Program-made: the position numbers and the translations under genes | Notes under the pieces: model-generated | The model's input: the letters and a program-made list of their open reading frames with translations, nothing else | Database searches by the model: none | What the model was told of the DNA's origin: nothing | In this document: positions 1 through 9,021 of the stretch, piece by piece | Numbering within the stretch: the first letter of the stretch is position 1 | How the letters are laid out: every line of letters begins with the position of its first letter | Source of the DNA: an uncultured delta proteobacterium | Lineage (GTDB): Bacteria > Myxococcota > Myxococcia > SLRQ01 | NCBI GenBank assembly: GCA_963727485.1 | Contig: CAVSGM010000011.1 | Location: forward strand, 32,001 to 96,000 | Length of the DNA: 64,000 nt | Reading direction: 5' to 3'

Positions 1-1
1 G

Positions 2-430
2 ATGCAGCTGCTCCACGGGGCCTGGCTCCTGGCGATGGTCGTCGAGGTCCTCTTCCTGCGCCGGCCCTTCGTCTGGCCCCTGGCGGTGGTGGCCCTGGGG
101 GTCTTCGCCACGGGCCAGGCCCTGCGCCTCCTCGCCCAGCGCGCCCTCGGCGCGCGCTGGACGGTCACCGTGGTGACCCTCCCCGGGGCGCCGCCCGTCA
201 CCGGCGGGATCTACCGGTACCTGCGCCATCCCAACTACCTCGGGGTGATCCTGGAGATCGCCGCGCTGCCCCTGGTGCACACCGCCTGGATCACCAGCGT
301 GGTGTTCACCGTCCTCGACGGGTGGATGCTGCGCCGCCGCATCCGCGCCGAGGAGCGGGCCCTGGCCGAGGACTCGGACTACGCCCGGGCCATGGCCGGG
401 CGCGCGCGCCTCGTCCCCCGGGGGCCGTGA
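2..430 (+). CDS. Isoprenylcysteine carboxyl methyltransferase (ICMT) family protein, SrsB/BpsB-like; probably 5'-partial
   Basis: LGARWTVTVV...GIYRYLRHPNYLGVILE...RIRAEERAL, the ICMT signature; hydrophobic; at the window edge. Confidence 0.85.
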   Translation: MQLLHGAWLLAMVVEVLFLRRPFVWPLAVVALGVFATGQALRLLAQRALGARWTVTVVTLPGAPPVTGGIYRYLRHPNYLGVILEIAALPLVHTAWITSVVFTVLDGWMLRRRIRAEERALAEDSDYARAMAGRARLVPRGP

Positions 431-1599
431 CCGTGGACGCCGAGGTCCTGGTCGTCGGCGGCGGGCCGGTGGGCCTCTTCCTCACCGCGCGCCTGGTGCA
501 GCTCGGCGTCGACGCCCTCTGCCTCGAGGCCCGGGCCGATCCGGCGGCCGACGGAGAGTCCCGGTCCATCGGGATCCACCCCCCGTCGCTCGCCTGCCTC
601 CGGGCCCTGGGGGTCGCCGACCGGTTTCTCGCCGAGGGCGTCCTCGTGCGCCGGGCCCTGGCCTTCTCCAGCCGGGGGCTCCTCGGGACCGTGGACCTCA
701 CTCGCCAGAGCGGGCCCGACCAGGGGGTGCTCGCCATCCCCCAGGCGCGCACCGAGGCCCTCCTCGCCCAGCACCTCGAAGGCCGCGCGCCGGCGGCCCT
801 GCGCCGGGGGGTGCGAGTGACCCGGGTGGCGGCGGGCGCGGCCCGGACGGGCCCGGTCACAGTGGACACCGGCGCTGGCGCGCTCACCGCCCGGGTGGTC
901 GTGGGCTGCGACGGGGGACGGTCCTTGGTGCGGTGCAACATGGGGGTGCCGTTCCCGGGGTGGCGGGCCCCGGAGGCCTACGTCATGGGCGACTTCCCCG
1001 ACGACACCGACCTGGGCCACGACGCCGCCATCTTCCTCGCCGACGCCGGCCTGGTGGAGAGCTTCCCCTTGCCCGGGGGCCTGCGCCGGTGGGTCGCCGA
1101 GTGGCCCGAGCGGGTCGAGGCGCCCGACGCCGCCGCCCTTGTCGCCACCGTCGCCGCCCGCACCGGGCGCCACCCCGACCCGGCGCGCGCCATCATGCTC
1201 AGCGCCTTCGGGGTGGAGCAGCGCCTGGCGCCCCGGTGGGTCGACCGGGGCCGGGTGCTCTGCGGCGACGCCGCCCACGTGGTCAGCCCCTTCGGGGGCC
1301 AGGGGATGAACCTCGGGTGGCTCGACGCCTTCGACCTCGCCTCGGCCCTGCACCGGGGCCTCGGTCACGACGGCGCCCCGGACGCCGGCCTCGAGGCCGA
1401 GCTCGCCGGTTACGGCCGCCGCCGCTGCCGCGCCGCCCGCCGGGCCCTGCGCCGCGGGGCCATGAACCGCCGCATCGGCCACCGGAGCCCGGCCCCGCGC
1501 CTGCGCAACGCCGTGCTCGGCGCCGCCCTCGCCGTCGTGCCCGAGGCGACCCTGGTGCGCCTGTTCACCATGGGCGGCCTCGGCGGGCCCGGCCCCTGA
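427..1599 (+). CDS. FAD-dependent monooxygenase (aromatic hydroxylase family)
   Basis: VLVVGGGPVG Rossmann motif, VVGCDGGRS (DG) and CGDAAHVVSPFGGQGMNLG (GD); GTG at 427 overlaps the upstream TGA. Confidence 0.85.
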   Translation: MTVDAEVLVVGGGPVGLFLTARLVQLGVDALCLEARADPAADGESRSIGIHPPSLACLRALGVADRFLAEGVLVRRALAFSSRGLLGTVDLTRQSGPDQGVLAIPQARTEALLAQHLEGRAPAALRRGVRVTRVAAGAARTGPVTVDTGAGALTARVVVGCDGGRSLVRCNMGVPFPGWRAPEAYVMGDFPDDTDLGHDAAIFLADAGLVESFPLPGGLRRWVAEWPERVEAPDAAALVATVAARTGRHPDPARAIMLSAFGVEQRLAPRWVDRGRVLCGDAAHVVSPFGGQGMNLGWLDAFDLASALHRGLGHDGAPDAGLEAELAGYGRRRCRAARRALRRGAMNRRIGHRSPAPRLRNAVLGAALAVVPEATLVRLFTMGGLGGPGP

Positions 1600-1617
1600 G
1601 CGTGCGGCGGGGGGCGC

Positions 1618-2892
1618 TCAGCCCTGGCGGTCGCAGGCGGCGGCCCTCTCGAGGAGCAGGTCGCGCTCCCGGTGGTTGGCGGTCATCACGGCCGCGGCCT
1701 CGAAGGCCGCCCGGGCCTCGCCCCAGCGCCCGAGCTTCTCCAGGAGGTCTCCGCGCACCGCCGGGAGCAGGTGGTAGCGCGCCAGCGCCGGTGCGTCGGC
1801 GAGGTCCTCGACCAGGGCCAGGGCCGGCTCGGGGCCGTAGGCCATGGCCACCGCCACGGCGCGGTTCAGCGCCACCACCGGCGACCCGGTCACCTCCACC
1901 AGGGCGTCGTAGAGGGCCACGATCCGCGGCCAGTCGGTGGCCTCGGCGGTGGTCGCCCGGGCGTGGCAGGCGGCGATGGCGGCCTGGAGGGCGTAGGGGC
2001 GAAGCGCCTCGGCACGGCCGGCGGCGAGGGCCTCCGCCCGTGCCAGGGCGGCGAGCCCCCGGCCGATGAGCAGGTGATCCCACCGCGCCCGGTCCTGGTC
2101 CAGGAGCAGCACCGGCGCGCCCCCCGGCCCGACCCGGGCCCGCAGCCGCGAGGCCTGGAGCTCCATCAGCGCCGTGAGGCCGTGCACCTCGGCGTCGTCG
2201 GGGACCAGCGTCGTCAGGATCCGTCCCAGGCGCAGGGCGTCCTCGCAGAGGTCGGCGCGGATCCAGTCGTCGCCGGCGGTGGCCGCGTAGCCCTCGTTGA
2301 AGATGAGGTAGACCGTCTCCAGGACCGAGGGCAGGCGCGCGGCGAGGTCGGGCCCCCGGGGCACCTCGAAGGGGACCTGGGCTTCGGCGAGGGTGCGCTT
2401 GGCCCGGACGATGCGCTGGGCCACCGTGGGCACCGGCTTGAGGTACGCCCGGGCGATCTCCTCGGTGGTCAGGCCCCCGAGCAGCCGCAGGGTCAGGGCC
2501 ACCCGGGCCTCGGCGGAGAGCACCGGGTGGCAGGCGATGAGCATCAGGCGCAGGAGGTCGTCGCCCACCGCGTCGTCGAGGGCGGCCTCGGGATCCGGGC
2601 GCGCCACCCCGTCCCCGGCCTCCGCCACCAGGGCGTCGTGCTTGCGCTCGCGCATCCGGTCCCGGCGCAGCCGGTCCAGGGCGCGGTTCCGGGCGGTGGC
2701 CATGAGCCAGGCGCCCGGGTTGTCGGGGATCCCCGAGGCGGGCCAGCGCTCGAGGGCGGTCACCAGGGCCTCCTGGGCCAGGTCCTCGGCGAGGTCGAGG
2801 TCGCGCACCAGGCGCAGGAGGCCCCCGATGAGCCGGGGCGCCTCGATCCGCCACACCGCCTCGATGGCCGCCCGTGCCGCCGCCTCGCCCAT
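1618..2892 (-). CDS. ECF RNA polymerase sigma factor, ECF42-type with C-terminal TPR-like extension
   Basis: AEDLAQEA...WP..GIPDNPGAWL..ARNRALDRLRR (sigma2), LLGGLTTEEIARA (sigma4), YLIFNEGY and an extension of about 200 aa; lies downstream of DGPF genes. Confidence 0.9.
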   Translation of the reverse strand: MGEAAARAAIEAVWRIEAPRLIGGLLRLVRDLDLAEDLAQEALVTALERWPASGIPDNPGAWLMATARNRALDRLRRDRMRERKHDALVAEAGDGVARPDPEAALDDAVGDDLLRLMLIACHPVLSAEARVALTLRLLGGLTTEEIARAYLKPVPTVAQRIVRAKRTLAEAQVPFEVPRGPDLAARLPSVLETVYLIFNEGYAATAGDDWIRADLCEDALRLGRILTTLVPDDAEVHGLTALMELQASRLRARVGPGGAPVLLLDQDRARWDHLLIGRGLAALARAEALAAGRAEALRPYALQAAIAACHARATTAEATDWPRIVALYDALVEVTGSPVVALNRAVAVAMAYGPEPALALVEDLADAPALARYHLLPAVRGDLLEKLGRWGEARAAFEAAAVMTANHRERDLLLERAAACDRQG

Positions 2893-2901
2893 CGCCCGGC
2901 G

Positions 2902-3387
2902 TCAGCCCGCCGCCGCCCGCTCCAGGGCGGCGAGGTCGATCTTGACCATCTGCAGCAGGGCGTCGGAGACGCGCCGGGCCGCCGCCGGGTCGGAGTGGTT
3001 CATCAGCTCGCCGAGGCGCGCCGGGACGATCTGCCACCGGACCCCGAAGCGGTCGGTGAGCCAGCCGCAGGCCTGGGTGTGGCCGCCGCCCTCGAGGAGC
3101 GCGTCCCAGTAGCGATCGAGCTCGGCCTGGTCCTCGCAGGTCACCATCAGGGAGATGGCGTCGTTGAAGGGGTCGTGGGGCCCGGCGCTCATGGCCTGGA
3201 AGGGCTGGCCGAGGAGGGTGAACTCGACGACCTTCACCGAGCCCGGGGGGCCGCTCGGCGACTCGCCGGGCAGCGCGGTCACCCGCTCCACCCGGGAGTC
3301 CGGGAAGATCGACGCGTAGAACCGGGCCGCCTCCTCGGCGTCGCGGCTGTACCAGAGGAACGGATGGATGCGCACCTTGGCCGGCAT
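2902..3387 (-). CDS. VOC/PhnB-like protein (3-demethylubiquinone-9 3-methyltransferase family)
   Basis: IHPFLWY..DAEEAARFYASIFPDS...FNDAISL...CGWLTDRFGVRWQIVP. Confidence 0.88.
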   Translation of the reverse strand: MPAKVRIHPFLWYSRDAEEAARFYASIFPDSRVERVTALPGESPSGPPGSVKVVEFTLLGQPFQAMSAGPHDPFNDAISLMVTCEDQAELDRYWDALLEGGGHTQACGWLTDRFGVRWQIVPARLGELMNHSDPAAARRVSDALLQMVKIDLAALERAAAG

Positions 3388-3403
3388 CGTCAATCTCCTC
3401 CCG

Positions 3404-3838
3404 CTAGGGTTCGTGATGGCCCTCGGTCTCGGCGCGGAGCCGCGCCTCCTGCTCGCGCAGCTCGGGGGTCATCGCCTCGCCGAAGTCCTCGACCTCGAAG
3501 ATGGGCCGCAGCTCCAGCTCCGCCTCCTCGCCGGGCATGGGGTCGGGGCAGCGCCGGGCCCAGGCCACCGCCTCGTCCATGGACTTCACCTGCCAGATCC
3601 AGTAGCCCGCGACCAGCTCCTTGGTCTCGGCGAAGGGGCCGTCGATGACCGTCCGCTCGCCGCCCGCGAAGTGGATCCGCTTGCCCCGGCTGCTGGCATG
3701 GAGCCCGTCGCCGGCGAGCATCACCCCGGCCTTCACCAGGGCCTCGTTGAACTGGCCCATGGCCTCGAGGGTCTTCTCACCGGGCATCTTCCCGGCCTCG
3801 GAGCCCGGGGTCGCCTTCACCATCACCATGACGCGCAT
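3404..3838 (-). CDS. YciI/DGPF-domain protein
   Basis: IDGPFAETKELVAGYWIWQVKSMDEAVAWARRCP. Confidence 0.92.
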   Translation of the reverse strand: MRVMVMVKATPGSEAGKMPGEKTLEAMGQFNEALVKAGVMLAGDGLHASSRGKRIHFAGGERTVIDGPFAETKELVAGYWIWQVKSMDEAVAWARRCPDPMPGEEAELELRPIFEVEDFGEAMTPELREQEARLRAETEGHHEP

Positions 3839-3857
3839 CGTCGGCTCCCTTCGTGGA

Positions 3858-4244
3858 TCACGGGTCGCGGGGCTCGGGCCCCATCCCCGGGTCGAACATC
3901 GGTCGCACCTCGGACTCGCCCTCGAACTCGGGCCAGTGCTCCCGGTGCAGCTCCATGAACCGGCGGGCGAGGGCCACCGCCTCCTCGCGGGTGTCGGCCT
4001 CGAGGATGGCCCAGCCGCCGATGATCTCCTTGGCCTCGGTGAAGGGCCCGTCGGTGACCGCGAGCTCGCCGCCGGAGAGCCGGACTCGGAAGCCCTCCGC
4101 GCTCGGGAGCAGCCCCCCGGTGTCGACGAGGCTGCCGTCCGCGAGGGACTGCTTCACGAACTCGCCCATGGCCTCCAGCAGGGCCTTCGGGGGACCGGAC
4201 TCACGGAACGACTCGGCGTGCTTGATGAACGACAGGTACCGCAT
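3858..4244 (-). CDS. YciI/DGPF-domain protein
   Basis: MRYLSFIK...TDGPFTEAKEIIGGWAIL; AGGAGG precedes the ATG at 4244. Confidence 0.9.
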   Translation of the reverse strand: MRYLSFIKHAESFRESGPPKALLEAMGEFVKQSLADGSLVDTGGLLPSAEGFRVRLSGGELAVTDGPFTEAKEIIGGWAILEADTREEAVALARRFMELHREHWPEFEGESEVRPMFDPGMGPEPRDP

Positions 4245-4274
4245 GGGGCCTCCTGGCTTGGGGTTCGACCAGGC

Positions 4275-4301
4275 GACGAACGGGCCCGGTCCGGATCGAC
4301 A
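4275..4301 (-). promoter_or_regulatory. ECF42-type promoter (-35 TGTCGA, 17 nt, -10 CGTC)
   Basis: Minus strand reads TGTCGA-tccggaccgggcccgtt-CGTC about 30 nt upstream of the DGPF gene, matching the described ECF42 autoregulatory motif. Confidence 0.75.
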
Positions 4302-4367
4302 CGCGCGGGGATCTTTCCGACCCCCCGGGGTCATACCCCCTGGACGCGGTGACCGGGACCCCCGGGC

Positions 4368-4802
4368 TCAGCTCCGAGGGCGCTGCTCGGGCGCGGTCCG
4401 CCGCCGAGCCTCCCGCTCGCCCCCGCCGAGGCCGAAGACCCCGCCGAGCTCGCCGGGCTCGAGGAGGGGCCGCAGCTCCAGGACCGCCTCCTCGTCGGGG
4501 CTGGCCGCCGGGCACCGCTGGGCCCACATCAGCGCCTCGTCCATGGACCCGACCTGCCAGATCCAGTAGCCGGCCACCAGCTCCCGGGTCTCGGCGAAGG
4601 GGCCGTCGACGATGGTCTGCTTGCCCTCGGCGAAGTGGACCCGCTTCCCCCGGTCGCTGGGGTGCAGGCCGTCGCCTGCGAGGAGCACCCCGGCCTTGGC
4701 CAGCGCCTGGGTGAAGGCGCGCATCTCGTCGAGACGAGCACCCGGCGGCCGCGCCCCCGCCTCGGACTGCCTCGTGGCCTTGAGCATGACCATCACGCGC
4801 AT
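4368..4802 (-). CDS. YciI/DGPF-domain protein (close paralog of 3404..3838)
   Basis: MRVMVMLKAT...VDGPFAETRELVAGYWIWQV. Confidence 0.9.
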   Translation of the reverse strand: MRVMVMLKATRQSEAGARPPGARLDEMRAFTQALAKAGVLLAGDGLHPSDRGKRVHFAEGKQTIVDGPFAETRELVAGYWIWQVGSMDEALMWAQRCPAASPDEEAVLELRPLLEPGELGGVFGLGGGEREARRRTAPEQRPRS

Positions 4803-5029
4803 GACTTCCCCCTTCGCCGACACCGGCGTGGCTCGAGTTTCGAACGTACCTGGACTCGTCGAACTCGCCCCCCCGGGCGGCCGGAGCGTGACCTCACCCC
4901 CGCACCCCATGGTTTACGTCCTGGGCGCTCGTGGCGCCAGCCGGCCCCGGGGGGAAGTCACGCCCCGGTTTGCCCACCCGGGCCTCCACCCCTACCTTCG
5001 CGCGCCGTCACCCCAACCGGAGGCACGAG

Positions 5030-5447
5030 ATGAAGCGCAAGGCACACGCGGTCTGGCACGGCGGGCTCAAGGACGGAAAACGGCACCTTCGGCGTCGGCA
5101 GCGGCGTCTTCGCCGACCAGAAGTACGGCTTTCGCTCCCGCTTCGAGGACGAGCCCGGGACCAACCCCGAGGAGCTCATCGCCGCCGCCCACGCCGGCTG
5201 CTTCTCCATGGCCTTCTCGGCGCGGCTCGGCGATCAGGGCATCACCCCCGAGGCCATCGAGACCGAGGCGGTCATCGACTTCGAGGGCGGAGTGCTCAAG
5301 TCGAGCACCCTCCACACCACCGTCCGCGTCCCCGGCGCCGACGAGGCCAAGGTGAAGGAGGCGGCGGCCGCGGCCAAGGAGGGCTGCCCCATCTCCAAGG
5401 TCCTGCGCCTGGAGATCGGCCTCGAGCTCACGGTGGTCACCGACTAG
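5030..5447 (+). CDS. osmC: OsmC family peroxiredoxin, with a +1 frameshift near 5077-5080
   Basis: MKRKAHAVWHGGLKDG, then in a shifted frame GTFGVGSG...RSRFEDEPGTNPEELIAAAHAGCFSMA...AKEGCPISK; one extra A in GGAAAAC. Confidence 0.88.
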
Positions 5448-5591
5448 GCGGCGCCCCCACCGAGGGGCGCCCCCGGGCCGCGCGGGACGCCCGGGCCCGG
5501 GACCCGGCGATTGACGGACCTCGATCGCCTCGGTACCGTCGCCGTTTCCCTTGCCGGGCACGGATGCCCGGCGCCAAGGCGGGGTGCCCCC

Positions 5592-6503
5592 ATGCGTGTC
5601 CATCAGCTCAGCGTCGTCGTCGCCATCTTCCTGCTCACCAGCGGGGTCGCCGGTTGTGGCGGGAGCTCCGGGGGCGGCGGCTCCGGTGGCCAGGACGCGG
5701 GGACGGTCTCCGACGGCGGGAACGGGACCCAGGGCGGTGGGACCACGGACGGCGGCGGCACGGTGACCGACGGCGGCACCACCCCCGACGGCGGGACCCT
5801 GACCGACGGCGGCACCGCCACCGACGGCGGCACCGCCACCGACGGCGGCACCGCCACCGACGGGGGCACCGGCACCTGCACCGGGAACCCGTGCTCCCTG
5901 GTGGCGCCCCAGTGCGGCTGCGCCTCGGGCCAGGCCTGCTACCTCAACGGCACCAGCCGGGTCTGCGCCCCCGCGGGCAACGGCATCGACGGCCAGACCT
6001 GCGCCACGCCGACCGACTGCGGCGCCGGCCTCCTCTGCATCAACCTCGACCAGACCAGCAACCCGATCTCCGAGTGCGCCCGGTTTTGCAACACCGACGC
6101 CGACTGTCAGGGCGCCGGCTCCCTCTGCGCCCACACCCTGAAGGACAACACCGGCGCCACCCTGGCCCAGGTCTGCAGCGTCTCCTGCGATCCCAACGCC
6201 CAGACCGGTTGCCAGACCGGGACCATGTGCGTCATCGCCCAGGAGCAGACCGGCGCCAAGGCGTTCTTCACCGACTGCGTCGATCCGGTGGGCACCGCGA
6301 CCCAGGGCCAGAGCTGCTCCCAGCTCACCGACTGTGCCCCCGGCTACGCCTGCGCCGGCTCCCCGTCCAAGTGCCTGCGCTACTGCACCGCCCCGGGCCA
6401 GGCCGCGGCGGGCGGCTGCAGCAGCACCGAGACCTGCTTCGGCCTCAGCACCCCCATCGTCATCGGCGGCACCACCTACGGGGTCTGCGACACCAGCCCC
6501 TGA
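5592..6503 (+). CDS. Cys-rich lipoprotein with a TDGG-repeat linker (myxobacterial type)
   Basis: Signal peptide with lipobox VAGC, a (T/A)TDGG repeat linker, then many Cys-rich modules. Confidence 0.8.
   Translation: MRVHQLSVVVAIFLLTSGVAGCGGSSGGGGSGGQDAGTVSDGGNGTQGGGTTDGGGTVTDGGTTPDGGTLTDGGTATDGGTATDGGTATDGGTGTCTGNPCSLVAPQCGCASGQACYLNGTSRVCAPAGNGIDGQTCATPTDCGAGLLCINLDQTSNPISECARFCNTDADCQGAGSLCAHTLKDNTGATLAQVCSVSCDPNAQTGCQTGTMCVIAQEQTGAKAFFTDCVDPVGTATQGQSCSQLTDCAPGYACAGSPSKCLRYCTAPGQAAAGGCSSTETCFGLSTPIVIGGTTYGVCDTSP
5745..5876 (+). repeat. Coding tandem repeat with an 18-bp unit (ACCGACGGCGGCACCGCC-like) encoding TDGGTA
   Basis: About 7 imperfect in-frame units. Confidence 0.8.
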
Positions 6504-6534
6504 ACCGGCCCGCCCGCGGGCCAGCCTGCCGCCC

Positions 6535-7235
6535 ATGACACGCCTCCAGCCCTTCGCCGACGACCTCTTCCTCGCCGACGGTCCCAAGGTCTCGTTCTAC
6601 GGCTTCCCCTATCCCACGCGGATGGCGGTGGCAGTGCTCCCCGGGGGCCTGTGGGTCTGGTCGCCCATCGAGCCCGACGACGCCCTGGTCGACGAGGTGA
6701 AGGCCCTGGGCGAGGTGCGGTGGATCGTCGAGCCCAACCGCCTCCACCACCTCTTCCTGCCGGCGTGGATGGAACGTTTCCCCGAGGCCCAGGCCTTCGG
6801 CGCCCCGGGTCTCGCGGCGAAGCGCCCGGACCTCGCCTTCGCCGGCGAGCTCGGGGACACGCCCGATCCCGGGTGGGCCGGCGTCCTCGACCAGGTGGTC
6901 GTCGCCAGCCGCGCCTTCGCCGAGGCCTCTTCTTCCACCGCCCCTCGTCCACCGCCCTGGTCTGCGACCTGGTGCAGCGCATGGACCCGGAGCACTTCCA
7001 CGGGTGGAAGAAGCAGGTGATGAAGCTCGAGGGCCTGGTGGGCGAGCACGGCTCCTCGCCCCGGGAGCTGCGGGCGGCGTTCCTCTCCCGGGGGCCGGCG
7101 CGGGCGGCGGTGGACACGGCGCTCGCGTGGGATCCCGAGCGCCTGGTCATCGCCCACGGCGCCTGCGCCCCCGAGCACGGCCGCGCGGTCCTCGCCGAGG
7201 GCCTCGCCTGGCTGGAGAAGCCCTGGCCCGTCTAG
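6535..7235 (+). CDS. DUF4336-type protein (metallo-beta-lactamase-like), one base missing near 6925
   Basis: YPTRMAVAVLPGGLWVWSP...IVEPNRLHHLF, then in a shifted frame FFHRPSSTALVCDL...AWDPERLVIAHG. Confidence 0.78.
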
Positions 7236-7251
7236 AGCGGGCGCGGCCCGG

Positions 7252-7485
7252 CTACCCCTGGATCCAGGCGGCCACGTCGGCGGGACGCGGCACCCGCCCC
7301 GAGACCTTCATCACCCCGTCGACCGCCACCGCCGGGGTCCCGAGGACGCCCGCGGCGAGGATCGCCTGGACGTCCTCGACCTTCTCGAGCTCGACGTCGA
7401 CGCCCGTCGACGCCATCGCCTGGCGGATGACCTTCTCGGCGCGGCGGCAGTTGGCGCAGCCGGTTCCGTAGAGCTGGATCTTCAC
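7252..7485 (-). CDS. Small redox-active disulfide protein (MTH895/thioredoxin_3-like)
   Basis: KIQLYGTGCANC...GVLGTPAVAVDG..KVSGRVP. Confidence 0.88.
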   Translation of the reverse strand: MKIQLYGTGCANCRRAEKVIRQAMASTGVDVELEKVEDVQAILAAGVLGTPAVAVDGVMKVSGRVPRPADVAAWIQG

Positions 7486-7500
7486 GGGCTTCCCTCCGGT

Positions 7501-8562
7501 TCAGAGCACGGCGTTGAACAGGTAGCCGACCAGGAGGATCCCGGCGGCGACGATGCCGATGAAGGTGGCGATGAGACGCGGGCGCAGCACCTTGCGCAGG
7601 ATCACCATCTCCGGCAGCGAGAGGGCGACCACCGACATCATGAACGCCAGCACCGTGCCCAGGGCGGCGCCCTTGCCCAGCAGCGCCTCCACCACCGGGA
7701 TGATGCCGGCGGCGTTCGAGTACATCGGGACCCCGGCGGCGACGGCGACCGGCACCGCCCACCAGGCGCTCCGGCCCATGATCGACGCCATGAAGTCCGC
7801 GGGCACGTACCCGTGGATCCCCGCGCCCACGGCGATCCCGGCGAGGACGTAGAGCCACACGTGGCCCACGATGTCGCGCACCGCCTCGCCCCCCATCCGC
7901 ACCCGGTCGTCCCAGGTCAGCGGCGTCTCCGGGAGCTCGGTGGCGGGCACCGCGGTGGCCCGCACCCAGGGCTCCACCTGGCCCTCGAGGTGCAGCCGGC
8001 CGATGGCCCAGCCGGCGACCATGGCCACCGCGAGGCCGGTGGCCGCGTAGAGGAGGGCCACCTGCCAGCCCACCAGGCCGAAGAGCAGCACCAGCGCCAC
8101 CTCGTTCACCATCGGCGCCGAGACCAGGAAGGCGAAGGTCACCCCCAGGGGCACCCCGGCGTTGACGAAGCCGATGAAGAGGGGCACCGCGGAGCAGGAG
8201 CAGAACGGGGTCACCACCCCCAGCAGCGCGGCCAGGGCGTCGCCGACGGTCTCCCGGCGGCCGGCGAGGAGGCGGCGGGTGCGCTCGGGGGTGAAGAAGC
8301 TGCGGACCACGCCCACGGCGAAGACCACCCCCACCAGGAGCAGGAGCACCTTTGGGGTCTCGAAGGTGAAGAAGGCCACCGCCTGCCCCAGGCGGCTCTC
8401 CTCGGCGAGGCCGAGCACCTGGTGGGTGAGCAGGCGCGAGAGGGGCGCCAGGGCCAGGTAGGCGGCGATCCAGGCGGCGAGGGCGAGGGCGCCCAGGCCC
8501 ACCAGGCGCCAGGGGCCGTCGCGCCGCAGCCGCGGGCCCCGCGCGTGGGTCAGCTCGCTCAC
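7501..8562 (-). CDS. arsP: ArsP/DUF318 family permease
   Basis: LGVVTPFCSCSAVPLFIG, FLVSAPMVNE, GVPMYSNAAG and VVALSLPE motifs; GTG overlaps the arsR stop. Confidence 0.85.
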   Translation of the reverse strand: MSELTHARGPRLRRDGPWRLVGLGALALAAWIAAYLALAPLSRLLTHQVLGLAEESRLGQAVAFFTFETPKVLLLLVGVVFAVGVVRSFFTPERTRRLLAGRRETVGDALAALLGVVTPFCSCSAVPLFIGFVNAGVPLGVTFAFLVSAPMVNEVALVLLFGLVGWQVALLYAATGLAVAMVAGWAIGRLHLEGQVEPWVRATAVPATELPETPLTWDDRVRMGGEAVRDIVGHVWLYVLAGIAVGAGIHGYVPADFMASIMGRSAWWAVPVAVAAGVPMYSNAAGIIPVVEALLGKGAALGTVLAFMMSVVALSLPEMVILRKVLRPRLIATFIGIVAAGILLVGYLFNAVL

Positions 8563-8942
8563 CCTGCGAGCCCCGGGGCGGAGGCGCCTGGCCCGCAGCA
8601 CGCGTCCTGGCAGGCCTTCATCTCCAGCCAGCGGTCGAGCCGCCTGCGGAGGTCGGCCATCGCCGCCTCGCCGAGGAGCGCCGGCAGCCGCTCGACCAGC
8701 TGGCGGCGCGCCGGGTCGAGGTCCGGGTCGAGGCGGTAGTGGAGCCACACCCCGCGGCGCCGGTCGATCACCAGCCCGGCCCCGCGCAGGTAGCGCATGT
8801 GGCGCGACGCCTTGGACTGGGTGATCCCGAGGATGGCCTCGATGTCGCAGACGCAGGCCTCGCCCCGGAGGAGGATCACCGCGAGGATCTGGAGGCGGGT
8901 CTCGTCGCCCAGGGCCTTGAAGGTCTCGGAGAGTGTCCTCAT
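8559..8942 (-). CDS. arsR: ArsR/SmtB family repressor
   Basis: FKALGDETRLQIL...EACVCDI...ITQSKASRHMRYLR.AGLV; C-terminal ACQDACC. Confidence 0.9.
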   Translation of the reverse strand: MRTLSETFKALGDETRLQILAVILLRGEACVCDIEAILGITQSKASRHMRYLRGAGLVIDRRRGVWLHYRLDPDLDPARRQLVERLPALLGEAAMADLRRRLDRWLEMKACQDACCGPGASAPGLAG

Positions 8943-9021
8943 GGAGACCCATGTAATCGCGTACCCGGTTGGATCCAGCTGCGGGTTGCGGTCCGGTCGC
9001 CGTCTGGCGATGGTGGGGCCC

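Noticed and set aside
5745..5876. Short tandem repeats here and at about 53060-53180 and 59270-59400 as possible CRISPR arrays
   Set aside because: In-frame coding repeats with no unique spacers and no cas genes.
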